This document shows positions 50,206 through 63,250 of a stretch of DNA of 64,000 nt, piece after piece. Position 1 is the first letter of the stretch. Each line of letters begins with the position of its first letter. The position numbers and the translations under genes are program-made. This DNA comes from Callorhinchus milii (taxonomy: Eukaryota). The notes beneath the pieces are model-generated. The model did no database searches, was not told where the DNA came from, and worked only from the letters and a program-made list of their open reading frames with translations. The stretch spans positions 44,766,001 through 44,830,000 of the forward strand of contig NW_024704743.1 of assembly GCF_018977255.1 (NCBI RefSeq). Reading direction: 5' to 3'.

Positions 50206-50929
50206 AGAGAATATCAAAGTTGATGTAAATGTTCCCTTGTCTGAGGGATGTTATAAACAGTACTTGGACAATTCAAGACAACAACATTTCTTTACAATAC
50301 CTACTAAATCTGGCAAAATGTCCTTTTCCAACATTCCTCTAAAAGCACTGTCCATTAATAACAGCGCTGGTTTATATTTTAGTAAGAGCTTTGCAGAGGA
50401 ATTTTGGGGGTATCTGTCATTTGTCCCCATTTTGAATGTACAATGCTGAAGGCGCTATGCATTACACTGACCAATGCTTCATGGGAAAAGCGCTATATCA
50501 AATGCAAGGATTATTATTATTATTATTATTTGTTCCTTAACAAGTTGCGTGAGTTATTTAACTTAAGGAATGGGTAAATGAAATCTATGAATTTTACCAT
50601 ATTGTTCCTTATTATTTTGTAAACAGCGTTGGTTATAATTGACTGTAGTATTGTTACCTTAGTTATTTCACTAGTATGATTTTAAATTTAATTCATTAAT
50701 GACCACTTTAATAGCCATTTAATAATCGTTACAGCTTTACTTATATCTTCAAACCTTCTATTATGTGCTAATGACTGGACAGCCAAACTATAATATGCTT
50801 CACTATACCACAAATGAACTTTGAACCCCATTTATTGCACATGTCCACAGCTTGACATTCCTGTGTGCCAGTTGGCTTTTTTGTGCTAAAATGGTCAACT
50901 TCTGGCTCATTAGGTTGCCATTATTAAAT

Positions 50930-51130
50930 AAATAATAATAATTTGGACATTCAATCCACAACTGTTTGTGGGACATTGCTGTGCGCAATTGGCTACCGCT
51001 TTTCGCCCACCAAATATACAGTCAATTCACTTTACAGTATATTCTGTGAAGTGCTTTGAGACATCTCGAAGACATAAGAAAGTGCTATAACAACAACAGC
51101 AATCAATAAATGCAAGAATTATTATTATTC
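50930..51130 (+). mobile_element. 5'-truncated young SINE
   Basis: Same 3' half as 36815-37015, with a short (CAA)-rich insert in the tail. Confidence 0.88.
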
Positions 51131-51519
51131 AAGTTACTGCCTGCCTTACTCGTCAGGCATGTGGCAGGAAGTGATATCAGCAGTGACTCAGAAGTCAAAC
51201 AGTTTTGCTTTGTGTGCTAGAAAAAAGTAGCCGATTTGCAGGTCATCAAGTCACCATGGGCGTCATTTCCAACATTGTGCAAAAAACAGGAAGCCAAGTT
51301 GCAGTGACCTGATGACTGGGAGCATGTCCAAAAGCTCTTCATAGGATATACTGTAAAATGGAGTGAGTGCCTGTTTGTGTTGTGGGTGAAACATGTCTTC
51401 CAAAATACAAGATCGTATAGATTGGTGCAAAACTCCCCAAATTCAACCTTAATTTATTAAATAATTTTTTATAAATTAATAAATTAATATATAATTATAT
51501 ATAGACACAACTATACAAA

Positions 51520-51632
51520 TATAAATATACAGTTCTTACACTTTACAGCATATTCTGTGAAGCGCTTTGAGACGTCTAGAAGACGTGAAAAGTGCTATAT
51601 CAAATGCAAGGATTATTATTATTATTATTATT
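51520..51632 (+). mobile_element. SINE tail only
   Basis: tattctgtgaagcgctttgagacgtctagaagacgtgaaaagtgctatatcaaatgcaagg(att)n. Similar tail-only stubs lie near 29882, 50485 and 53940. Confidence 0.88.
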
Positions 51633-53485
51633 AATTTGAAAGCCAGTTCTTTTAAAAACTGTGGAAAACCTATTTCCAAATTAAGAGAAAATGAATTTTC
51701 CACAAATCAGTTTAATCTTAAACTTTGGGACAGAATGACCTCACAGGCTAACACACTAAGCAGAATTTCAGGCCTGCAGTGCATTTATATAGTCACCATA
51801 GTTGTAAGATTGTGGATCTTTTGATTCAAAGCCAAACTATTTTTCTATTCATTCTAACAAACAATCAAAGTGCTTTGGAGAATTGACAAGAGTCACATCA
51901 CTTAGCCATTGATTGGAAAAAAAATGCCTTCAGAATGGATTAAGATCACACTGGTAAAATAAATTCTGTATAATCAACAGTTTTGTTAAAGATGGATGAT
52001 GCCTGGAAATCAACCGAGTCTTAGCTTGAAGACAATTTTGTCTTAAATTTAAGTCGGCACAGGATTGTGAAAAATTCTTCAGAAAGCCAGTTGATTTTAA
52101 CAACTGCAGAGAAATGGCTCTAATTCAACAACAGCAACTACAACTTGCAGTTATATAGTGCCCCTCAAGTAGATAGCAATTGTAAGAATTGTCCATAATT
52201 CAGCAATAACAATTGGCCTTCACTTCCCTTCTGGATGGTTTATTTCATGTATTCACCATGCTGAGGAACGTAATTCAATATAATCTCTGTCCCTTTGCTG
52301 AGCTTGATTGCATGACCCATTGTATAATTTGTGCCTGTTATTGTGATATTTGCCTAACGTGTTTGATGTGATAATTATCAGAGTTATGAAAGCTCACAAA
52401 TTTGTTGCATTTAAAATGTGTTAACTACTAGAAGTCTCACTTGACCACTGGCTTACCAATGTTGAGATCAGGCATTTTATTTTCATTTAAACCATTCTTT
52501 ACACCCATTGCTGTGTGCAAATTAGCTGCAGTTTTAAGAGCAGAGAAATCCTCGGGCAGAGTTACTGTGGGAGGAGGGGGATGGGGGGAAAGGATAAATA
52601 ATGAATGAGGTTCTCTTCATTAATGAGGGAAGAAGCAGAGACAGGTTAAAAAGAACAGAGTGAAAACTGGGAAATTCAACAGAGACAATCGTGGACTCAA
52701 TCTGTCTGCCCTCATTTACAGATGGGAGGCTACAGGTTCTGTGCTGTGAGCACCAAATGCTATCATGCTTTTAGAGACTATCTTGTGGTTTGGAAGCTGG
52801 ATAATGTTGACGCAACATTCCTTAAAGCTTGGCCCAGGAAATAGGAAAGTAATGTACTCCTCATGTGACATTATTTTATTAATATGCACTGCATAATTCC
52901 AATTGGATTTCAAAATTCTTCCCATGGGATCCTATTAGTTGTTAGGAATCATGGTCAACAATTTGTCCTATTGGGTTACCTAAGGTTTGATCCAAATTCC
53001 AAAGGCTACATGATTAATCCAATCTACAGGATTGGTGTGGTTTTGGATGCTTTATGCTTGGCTTAGTTGGTAACATATTCACGTCTGAATCAGTTGGTTG
53101 TGGGTTAAAACCCCACATTGTGACTTTTAGCTCATAGTCTAGGCTGCCACTATAGTGTTGTGGAGAAGGATGTCTCAAAGGATTAGAAGCACTTTGAAAT
53201 GTCCTTCTGACGTGAAAGGCACTAAATCAAATGTTAAGATTATTATTATTATTATTTACCAAATTGTTTGAGGATGGAGTTGAAGTTCCACTCTTACCTT
53301 TCCCCCAGTGACACCTCCTAATTTGACTTATTTTGCATCATTGCCAGTGTTCTTAGATCTGTGTCTATTTGCTTTGATAATTCTCTGCATTATCATTGAC
53401 ATTTCATTTTTGTATCATCAGAAAATTATTTCCTGCTATGTATTTGATCAATGATGTGGCATTTGTAAGTAGTAAAACTGTTGTT

Positions 53486-53750
53486 AGCCTGACGCAGTGG
53501 TGCCACTCTCCCTTCTGAGTCAGAAGGCTGTGGGTTCAAGCTCCACATTGGGATTTGAAATCACATAGTCTAAGCTGACATTCCAGTGTGGTGCTGGAGA
53601 TGTGCTGCATTGTTGGAGGGCTGTTCGTTGGATGAGAGGTTAAACCAAGGTGCCATCTGTCTGTTCAGGTGGACTTTAAAGATCCCATGGCACTTTTCAA
53701 AAAGAGAAAGGAGTTTCTTCCAGTGTCCTGTCCAGCAAACGCCTCAAAAT
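53486..53750 (+). mobile_element. Deu-domain SINE, 3'-truncated
   Basis: ctgagtcagaaggctgtgggttcaagc..gtgctgcattgttggagg..ggatgagaggttaaacc..tctgttcaggtggactttaaagatcccatggcacttttc. Confidence 0.82.
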
Positions 53751-56317
53751 AAAAAAAAGGTCACTCACAACAATACAATACAACAGTTATGTTCTCCGTA
53801 GTAGAGGTATTAAGGGAATTAAATATGTTGGAAAATGCCACATTTTCACCCCAGTACTGTATTTTAAGTTCCAGTTTAATTTTGGAAACAGTGCTGTTGA
53901 CATTTGATCTTAAAAGCCATCAAACTAAAGTATAAAAGTTTCGCCTACAAAATATATAGTCAATTTACTTTACATTATATTCTGTGAAGGGCTTTGAGAC
54001 GTCTCAAAGTCATGATATATCAAATGCAAGGATTATTATTATAATGAGATCTAATGACAATGTTGGAGTAGTTGCTTTAGACAAGTCAGGATCTGTTAGC
54101 TCAGATTTCTAGCACATTATTTGCACTGTTATTCAAGAACCTAAATTGAATGCAAAAAAACTAAATTATTTTTGATACAAGATAAATATTTAACCTCCCT
54201 GATACTACTTTGTACAAAAAAGTGCTATGATTCAAATCAAATTAACACAATTCCCCTTCCATTTTAAAAAAAAATTAATAGTGTAATTGGAAATTTGTTT
54301 TTATCATTTTCTTTTAAAGATTGAAGCAGAAATTATATATTAACAATTTTACAATCGTTTTACATTATAGCAAATACCTGGCACCGTATAGTCCACTGGT
54401 GCAGAACAGTTTAGGACATTTCAATTGCATTATTTACTGTATGATAATAATAATGCATTTGTAGTCTGCACAAGAAATTGAATGAACTGGAAGTATCATT
54501 TACACCTCACCCACATATTTTAAAGCAAAGTTATTGTTCTGATCTGTATGCAACTTATTACTTTATTTTCAAAGGCTGTAGAGGAAATCAGAAACATCTA
54601 TCTTTTCCAGACTTACACTATGGAATGCTACGCTCTGCATAATATCTTCAGTTAGAAACTAGTGCTATTTTCTCATGTTACAGGACAATGAAATGCCTTT
54701 ATTTTCTTAGAAACTAGATCTGTTTTTACACAGACATGAAACTTCTTAAACTATTTTCAAATTGCAGCAAATTGCATCGTGTACGAATATAGCCGTCACT
54801 TATTTTAATGCCTTCCAAATGCTCGTCATCCAGAACAATGTCCAGCAATGTCCCATGATCAGACAATAACATATTTTGTAATCTTTGTCTGGGAAGATCA
54901 AATACCTGTAAAAAAACATTGTAAGTAGAACCTAAGGAAGTTGATTTTTCATAAAAATAATACCACTGCATCAGTTCCTTTTAGTAAGGCTCTTGTACTG
55001 TATTGGAAGATATTCTATGATCAGATGAGCTTATAGGAGCTTTTTTTATTTTTATTTTGAGGAGGAAGGAATTCAATTGACGTCATTATATCTGAGCTCC
55101 TTTGTACCTTATCAGTGGAATGAGCTTTGTTGAGAGGCTAGAGGTTTCCTTCACCGTTTACTAGATAAGCATCAAATTACTGGCTCAATGTGTTTACATT
55201 GTCTTTGCTATGAGGATAGACCTCCTGCAGAATATTATTTTCTTCTACTTTTAATTCCATCAGCTCATCCACGGAAGGTCAAGGGGCCAATGGGTTTTAA
55301 ACTGCAGTTGACAGATGGCCAGCAGAATGGATGAACCACATAGGCATATCTGCTCCAGGCTAAAGCAACCCACTGAAGGACAGCATGTGATCTTTCAGCA
55401 GCACCCTCTTTCATTGCCATTTGGCATCTCCTGAGATCATCCACAGTGGAAGAATAAGATCCTTGGCCAGGATCTGTAGGAAAGAGCGGGCACAGCAATT
55501 GACAGCAGTCGGTGGACAGTAGCTGCTCAGTAAGTGTAGCTGCAGCAATCAGAACATTATTGTAACAGGAGCTGAACTCAAGAACCAAAAGGATAAAGGC
55601 AGTGATGTAAAATGACATTGTGCACTTGGAAAGATTACGCAAATTGATTTATCCCTTTGGCTGCAGTCTGACATTTCTGCCTTATTAAATGCTCTGTATT
55701 TTCACTCTATTCTATTGTATTGAGGTCTATTGAGTGCTTCATACAGTATTTAGTACCTCAAATGGACCCAGCTGTGCTCACCGCCACAATAACCCCCTCC
55801 CCCATCTCCAATGGTCACATCCTTGAAACATTGGACTTTGGCTCGTGGATGGTGGTTTCATTGCTGGTTTGTGGAATATCATCTTTTATTAAACAAAAAG
55901 ATGGTATGCTATTAATCAACAGTCAACTGTTAATCTTAATTATTATGATAAAGGAGAGTTTGCAGAATTCAGTTTCAATTCGTAATAATGGAGTTTATAT
56001 TTATTTCATGCCCTTCATCAAATATTTTGGAGAGGACCCCGGTTAAGGATTATGTTCTTATTCTTATTACTTATTCAACAAGAATAAGTTACAATTGTAA
56101 ACCGCCTTTCACGTTGGGAGGACATCCCAAGGCGTTGGAAAGCACCTGGCTTAATTGCTGGTGTTTTTTTCTTTTTATCTTAACAGTAAATGATTTTACA
56201 CCACATTTACTTTGTTCCACATTAGCAGAATGGATGGAACATAGCCTGAAGCGGTGTGATCCCTAATTTTATATACACTGTGTGGCCAGTGCTTTAATAC
56301 TGATCAATTCTCTGAAG

Positions 56318-56659
56318 TAATAATGATAATAATCCTTGCATTTGATAAAGCAAATCATCACATCTTCGAGACGTCTCAAAGCGCTTCACAAATATACTGT
56401 AAAGTGAATTGATTGTATATTCCGTGGGTGAAACACGGCAGTAATTGCGCACAGCAGTGTCCCACAAACTAATTTTAAGGAATTATTACGCCCGGAGAAG
56501 TGATCCACCAATCAACTAACAACCGGGTTCCTACTTACTTATTGCCAGGTTAACAGAGGCGTGTGGAGCAAGGAAACTTGCCCAACATTTCGCCCTGCCG
56601 GGAATCAAACCCAGATATTTCACTTGCAAAGCGAGTGCTCTAATTACTGAGCTACAGGC
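56318..56659 (-). mobile_element. Young SINE, long variant
   Basis: Head at 56600-56659 (gcaaagcgagtgctc..ctgagctacagg), long internal block present, (AAT)n at the left. Confidence 0.92.
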
Positions 56660-56784
56660 CTGCATGATGTAACAAGAACATAATCATGTAACAGTTTATG
56701 AGAAGGACTAGCAGGACTAAACCACTGGGTTTACCTATTTAACGGACCAAAGGTGTCTATTGATGCATCTGTTTTATTCCTGTA

Positions 56785-57175
56785 TCAGCCTCGTTTAGTT
56801 GGTAGCACTTACCTCTGAGTCAGAAGTTTGTGGGTTCTAACACCAGTTTGGGACTATGAACTCAATAGGCTGACACTCCAATGTAGTGCTGACGAGTGAT
56901 GATGTTAAATGATGAGTTGTTAAATTGAGGTCCTCTCACTATTCAAGTGTACGTAAAGATTCTATGCACTATTGGAAGTTTCTGGCCAACAGTCCCTCAG
57001 ATAAAATTAGTCATTCACTTGATGACTTTGTGTGGGGCATTGCTGAGTGCAAGTTGAATTCTGTGTTTATCTGTAAAATACACAGTCACTATACTTCACA
57101 GTAAAGCCTGTGGAGAGCTTTGAGGCATTTGAACAACATGGTGAGGTGCTTTATAAATGCAAGGATTATTATTCT
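56785..57175 (+). mobile_element. Deu-domain SINE, degraded full length
   Basis: agttggtagcacttacctctgagtcagaagtttgtgggttc..aggctgacactcc..ataaatgcaaggattattatt. Confidence 0.75.
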
Positions 57176-57267
57176 TTTAAACCAAAATTGTTTGAATTTC
57201 TAGAAATGTGGATAGTTCCTTTTTAAAAGCCTTGCGTCACTAGCATCTGTGCTGGTATATGCCATAT

Positions 57268-57578
57268 GGAGTCCTGTAGTTCAGTGGTTAGAGCACTCAC
57301 CTCTCAAGCGAGAGACCTGGGTTCGATTCCTGGCAGGGCGAAACCTTGGGCAAGTTTCCTTACTCCACACGCCTGATAATAATCCCTCAAGAAAAAAAAC
57401 AATAAATTGGTGACTTCAATCCACGACTGTTTGTGGGACACTGCTGTGCGCAATTGGCTGCCGCGTTTCGCCCACAAGTATACAGTCAATTCACTTTACC
57501 GTATATTCTGTGAAGCGCTTTCAGATGTCTAGAAGATGTGAAAAGCACTATATCAAATGCAAGGATTATTATTATTAT
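57268..57578 (+). mobile_element. Young SINE, short variant, full length
   Basis: ggagtcctgtagttcagtggttagagcactc; intact B box GGTTCGATTCC; (ATT)n tail. Confidence 0.95.
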
Positions 57579-59109
57579 ATGCTTAATATTCTTTTATTTA
57601 AAAAAAAGTCATGCATATTCTGTTCACTTTTGCTACTCTCACTTTGAATCTGTGATTCTTACTGGATTCTGAATTCTGCACATAGCAGAAATATATTGCT
57701 GTGTTTTCCAAGTAAAAATGAAAACATTACGCACTGGCATCGAAGGGGGTCGGGGGAGTGGAGGGGAATAATAGTGAATCAGGTGCATTAAGTGCACAGC
57801 ACAAGATTGCTTGACACTGCACACAATATATCAAAAATGCAATTATATCTTATGGTCTTCAGCCTGGACATTGCGATTTGCTCAAATACACCATGCACTG
57901 ATAGAGGTTAGGTTCTTAGTTGGCTTCAGAGCTGGTGAAGGTGAATCATCTGTGCGTTCTCTTTCTGTGCATCCATATCATCTAGTTGCATAAAATTTGA
58001 ACCAATACCGTATAGAATTTCTTTGATGAATCAGTCTATCAATACATCCCTTTTGTTAATGTTTCAGTCAGTTTTGCTATCAGACAGCACAGGCGTAAAT
58101 GTAGGCCTGCAGCATTTTATCTGAGACAAATTAGATCTGACTGATATTCCCAGGGCAGCAGCTGTTAGGACATGGATGTAATATTCTCTGTGTTACATAT
58201 ATTAAAGGCTTGCATCCCTATTAGCACTTCACTTTTATTTAAACCTCAAGTGTGCCTCATGATAATTTTACTCTGAAGACAGATTCTGCACAGCAAAACA
58301 GGAACTGGAGCAGTGAGCTGATAGCTTTCTAAATGGAATGCCATCTACCTTCGTTTTGATAGATAGATTAAAATGAAGGAACCTGGGAAACATTTCATGG
58401 GGGTGGTGGTGGGAGAGGGGGATGGCGTGGAGTGTGTTGTTTGATATTGTCTCCAGTAATGGTAATTATTGCATCGACCAAAGATGGTGAAAGGAGTCAG
58501 CATTTATCAGTGGCCACAAGATTTGGAACTGGGAAGGGCTGGGAGGGATGGAAAATTTTTCATCCCTGATGCCACTAATAACTATTTTCTGATTGATTGC
58601 ATTTTCGATCAGTATGATCAGTGATAATATCAGATGCTGGTTTCTCCCTCGCTTCTTCTTTCCCCCTCACCCGTGCCCTTGCTCTACAGTAAGAGCCAGT
58701 TTCAGAGTTATTGCCGGGTACTGCCACGCAGTAAAGGAAAGTGAAAGGAGAATCACTCGGAGACACTTCTGTTCCCCACTGAGTTGCCACTTCAACAGCA
58801 CCATTGTCAAGGAAATAAAACCAGGAAAATACAAAGACACAGAAGGTCAAATATTATTTTAGATTCATAGAAGGTACAGCTCAGAAACAGGTCATCCAAT
58901 CTGGCACTCCTTCCTCTTTAACCGTGCCGTCACCTTCACTCTCTCCCAGCTTGGTGTCAAGCTATACCATTGTTAAGCGATCTGAAATGGTACCCATGTG
59001 AAGAGTACTGTATAATTGCAAGTTTTTCTGGAGGATTGTTGGACATCAGGAGAAACTTCCTTTTTTTTGAATAAGGATTTTTAACATCTATCTGATCAGA
59101 CAGGAGTTA

Positions 59110-59387
59110 AAGCCTCACATTGGGACTTTGATCTCATTATCTAGAGGGGCTGACACTACATTGCAGTACTGAGGGAATATTGTTGGAAGTGTCATCCTTT
59201 GGATGAGCCATTAAAACAGGGTATTATCTGCCTGTTCAGGTGGATGTTAAAGATTCCATTTCATTATTTGAAAAGAGAAGATTGTTTCTCCCAGTAGCCT
59301 AGCCCACATGAAATTGTTCATTCAGTTCATTGCTGTTTATGGGATATTGCTATGTGAAATTTGGCTGCCGAGTTTGCTTACATACTA
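59110..59387 (+). mobile_element. Deu-domain SINE fragment, with an inverted fragment at about 59030-59105
   Basis: ggctgacactacattgcagtactgaggga..ctttggatgag..tctgcctgttcaggtggatgttaaagattcc. Confidence 0.75.
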
Positions 59388-59435
59388 AATCACTAAAATT
59401 TTATAGAATCACTAAAATTTTATAGAAAACTCGGT

Positions 59436-59637
59436 TAGATTGAAATGAAGGAACCCGGGAAACGTTTCATATGGAGGGGGTGGGGGCGCGAGGGGGATGG
59501 CGGGGAATGTGTTGTTTGATATCGCTTAACAGTGGTAGAGCTTGACACCAAGCTGGGGAGAGAGTGGAGGTGACGGCACGGTTAAAGAGGAAGGAGTGCC
59601 AGATTGGATGTCCTGTTTCTGAACTGTACCTTCATGA
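59436..59637. repeat. Local templated insertion: direct copy of 58364-58447 plus inverted copy of 58865-58981
   Basis: Both segments aligned by eye with few mismatches. Confidence 0.9.
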
Positions 59638-60569
59638 TAAGGTGCTGCATCAAGTGCAAGTAATATGTATTACTTCTGAAATTAGATGGTCACGTAGAAT
59701 CCAATTCTTTGGACATAGGTACAGAAAGGATTACAGAAAGGATCATTGCAGTCTAAAGTTACATAAATCCCATACTTTATTATATCCCTTATCCTCCTCA
59801 ATCACTTCCTCTGGCTGCAGTTTATGCTGTTAGCTACTATGAACTCAGTTTATACATGTGACCATATTAACATTTTATTAAATAAGAATAAAATAAGGAT
59901 TGTACTTGGGTTCTTGATTTTATACAAATTGAGGAAATTTCTGGATTTTAATTCTTATACATGTAATCTGGAATATGTTATGGGTTTTCTGATGGACTTG
60001 AGTTGCTGAATACTGCATATGTCAAATGCAAGGATTATTATTGTACGTTTAAACCCAGGATGGTTGGGTATTGGTGTTAGCAAATGGTGCAGTAGCTGAG
60101 AGTAACAGGGAGTATCTGATAGTTCAAGTCAATTTGGCTGATGCACAAAGAGTCATTCTGTATGTGACTATGTTGTGATGTACAAAATAGCCTTTTCCTT
60201 TGGGGATCTCCTTGAACAATCCACTAATGATACAGTATTTTAAGGTATCTGGGTCAGTGTGTGATTCCAGTAACTCGGTACCAATTTTTGAAAGATATGC
60301 TCAGGGGATATGCTTGGTTTATTTTAAAAGAGTCTTTCTGTTCTACCACTGCCTTTTGGCTTTGATCAAAGGGATCAGAGCTGACACAGTACAATTGTTT
60401 TCAGGTTATTTGGCCTCATTTGGCACATAGCCTCAGATTTTTATAAGAAATCACACCGTGAAAACAACACAAAACAAAGCAACTGAAATGTGACTGAAAG
60501 TATGTCAGAGTACATGTAACCATGTGTGATGGGCATCACTCAGTCCTGAGCTGACCTATTTTGACAAGA

Positions 60570-60830
60570 ACACCTTTTTCTATCTCCACAATATTAGCCT
60601 CATACATTCTTTCTTAACTATCACCACTGCTGAAACCCGAGCAAGGCCTTTGTCGCCGCTAAGGTATAATCACTTCTCCTCATTGGTCTCCTCAGTAATA
60701 CCCTTCACAAACTTCAGCTAATCCAAGTTTGCAGTGGGAGTATGGACAAAATTGAATATGCAGTGAGGACTCACACTTGTACCCTCTGACACCCCCTTGT
60801 TGCTTCACATTACAGAATGGGAAACACACT
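60570..60830 (+). mobile_element. Heavily degraded L2 fragment
   Basis: ctccacaatattagcc..actgctgaaacc..ggcctttgtc..cttcacaaacttcagctaatccaa resembles 11130-11290. Confidence 0.6.
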
Positions 60831-62418
60831 CTCTGTATCACACTTCTTGCTGTGGCGTGCTTTGTCCATGGTTTCCAAAGGTAGGATTGCAAAGAGGATC
60901 CAGGAGCTATGGAAGTGAGATTCCTGATCGATCATTCTGGGGAGTGAGAGACACAGTTGCTATGGGAAGCAGTCAAGTTTTGCTGGGATATTGTAAGATA
61001 AAACAAAATGAGAAAGAGATATAGAACCCACTCTGCAAGCTGGCAACTCTAAAGATTGTGGAAATGAGTCTAGAGAGGTATGTAGTAAGAGGAAATAAGA
61101 CTAAGTGCACCTTGTGCAAAGAATATTTTTATCATGGAAAAAATATTGGTGGTTACAAAGCATTTAAAATAATGACTCTATTGCTGTAGGAAACATTTTG
61201 CCTACAAATTACACAGACACTACACTTTTCAGTAAATACCGTGAAGTACTTTGAGACACTCTCCCAATGTGGAAGAAGTTATACCCAAATGTAAGGATTT
61301 TTAGGATTCTTCTTATTAAGAATTAATGTTATAACATTTACCAGAATTTTATTTTACAGGAAACATTTTGTATTATTACCTTATACTGTATTTAAATTCT
61401 AATAACATGATATTAACATTGTTAAAAATATAAATATCCCCTCACACCAATATTGCACTAGCTATTACACCGGATAATAGAACAAACAGATGGTTACGTC
61501 AAGCCCTAAGATAGTTTAATATCAGTTCTGCAGAGACCTATTAAGCAACAAGGAAACAGAGGGTGAGTAAAACATTTATATTGATCAACATTTCTACTGC
61601 TGGTGTTAGCATTCCCTGCACCATAATTGAAATGAAATCAACTCACCAAGTACATTCGAGCAGCACAGCTTTTCGAGTACAGTAATCACTCTGCCCTATG
61701 TGGACGCATTATGTACAGAACATGATGGGGCATAAGTTTCAGCAGAGGCCTTGGCTATTCAATCAGGTGCCATCCAAAAGAGATAGCTATGAGGACTCAA
61801 GTACGTGGTATTTGAGTACTACTTGGTGCACAGAACTGTGCAAACGTGCATTTAGAACATTATATTTTAAACAAAAATAATCTTGTCATTTTTCTTTATA
61901 ATTTATATTTGTAATACTAATAATACATTTGGTATAGCAACTTTAATGTTGGGAGGATGTCTGAAAGTGCTTCACAGTATTTACTGTAAAGTGCAGTGAC
62001 TCTGTACTTGAGGGCAAATTTGGCAGACAATTTGTGAGGCACATTGTCACACAACCAGCCGTGAAACACGTAACCAATTTTATTTGGTCTACACTGTTCT
62101 ACATTATCATTGATGCTTCTCTCACTAACTTCAATCTTCTTTCATAAACATATTTCTTCGACCGTGCTTTTGGACAACATCAAGAAATCTCTCTTTTTCC
62201 TCTCACTGTGCACCGTTTTATTTGTCAAGGGTTTTAAAATGTTCTTCAGTGTGAAAGGGATACAAAAGCAGGATGTAATTTTGTTAAAAGGAGTTAGAAA
62301 AAAATTTTTTTATTGCCTTTCTGCAGTGATATTGGATACATAATAATTATTAATATGCCAGATTTAGTACCTGGTTGAGCTGTTTATTTAGTGCATGGTT
62401 GTATTATATATGTATTGT

Positions 62419-62599
62419 GGAGTCCTGTAGCTCAATGGTTAGAGCACTCGGGAGTGGGAGAGAGAAGATGGGGAACTGTAGACCAGTCAGTCTGACATCG
62501 GTGGTAGGGAAAATTCTAGAATCCTTAATTAGGACATCGTAGTGGGGTACTTAGAAGACCATAACTCCTGGTCCTAATTCCTATGTTCCTATGTTCCTA
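62419..62599 (+). mobile_element. Chimeric stub: SINE tRNA head (32 nt), CR1 ORF2 fragment and CR1 tail
   Basis: ggagtcctgtagctcaatggttagagcactcg, then GNCRPVSLTSVVGKILESLIRD, then actcctggtcctaattcctatgttcctatgttcct. Confidence 0.85.
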
Positions 62600-63250
62600 A
62601 AATTAAGATTGAATTTAAGAATCTTTTAAATTCTATACCATCTTAAATTGTATGACAGTGGTTTTCAGCTTAAAACCATGAGGAACTTGGGACCTCTGAC
62701 TAACGTGGCTCACATATGAGAATGGCCTGTTCGAGTAATTACACAGCCACAATCAGAATTTGTGAAGCTATGCCAAGTGTAAGTCATTGCTTTGAACAGT
62801 GGAGAAAATTAAAGAAAAGTAACAGCAGAATTTAATTTTAAGAAGACCATCCAGTAAATATGGCACAAAACAGATATTTCAATGTATCCAGTGAACTATA
62901 AAAATGTTTTCAATTATATTATTATTTAAAATTTGTCTAATGAAAAACATTCCAGGAATAATCTATTGGACTCATTTCTAATTCATTCATATTTAAACAT
63001 TTTATCAATTGCATATTAGTTTCACAATATTTTCAAATGTGATGCTTTGTTTTTTNCCATTAAAGTTCCACTAAATTTAATATTAGTTGAAGGATCCATG
63101 TAATATAAAAATCATAGTTTGCATATAAGATTGCTAGAGTATATAGTGTATACTCTGTATGCTAGAGTATACAGAGTTTATAGTGTTATGTTTAAATAAT
63201 GAATGTATAGTAATGTAATGTTAGAATAAACATTCCTAAATGTACATAGT

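Noticed and set aside
55264..55642. Exon or ORF in GC-richer unique sequence (125-aa minus-strand ORF; plus-strand acceptor at 55263)
   Set aside because: All plus frames stop early and the minus-strand peptide resembles nothing I know. It may be conserved non-coding DNA, but that cannot be shown without alignments.
58593..58862. Exon after the polypyrimidine tract ending at 58690
   Set aside because: No recognisable peptide and no good donor site.
63056..63056. Single N base
   Set aside because: Assembly ambiguity after a T run; not biological.
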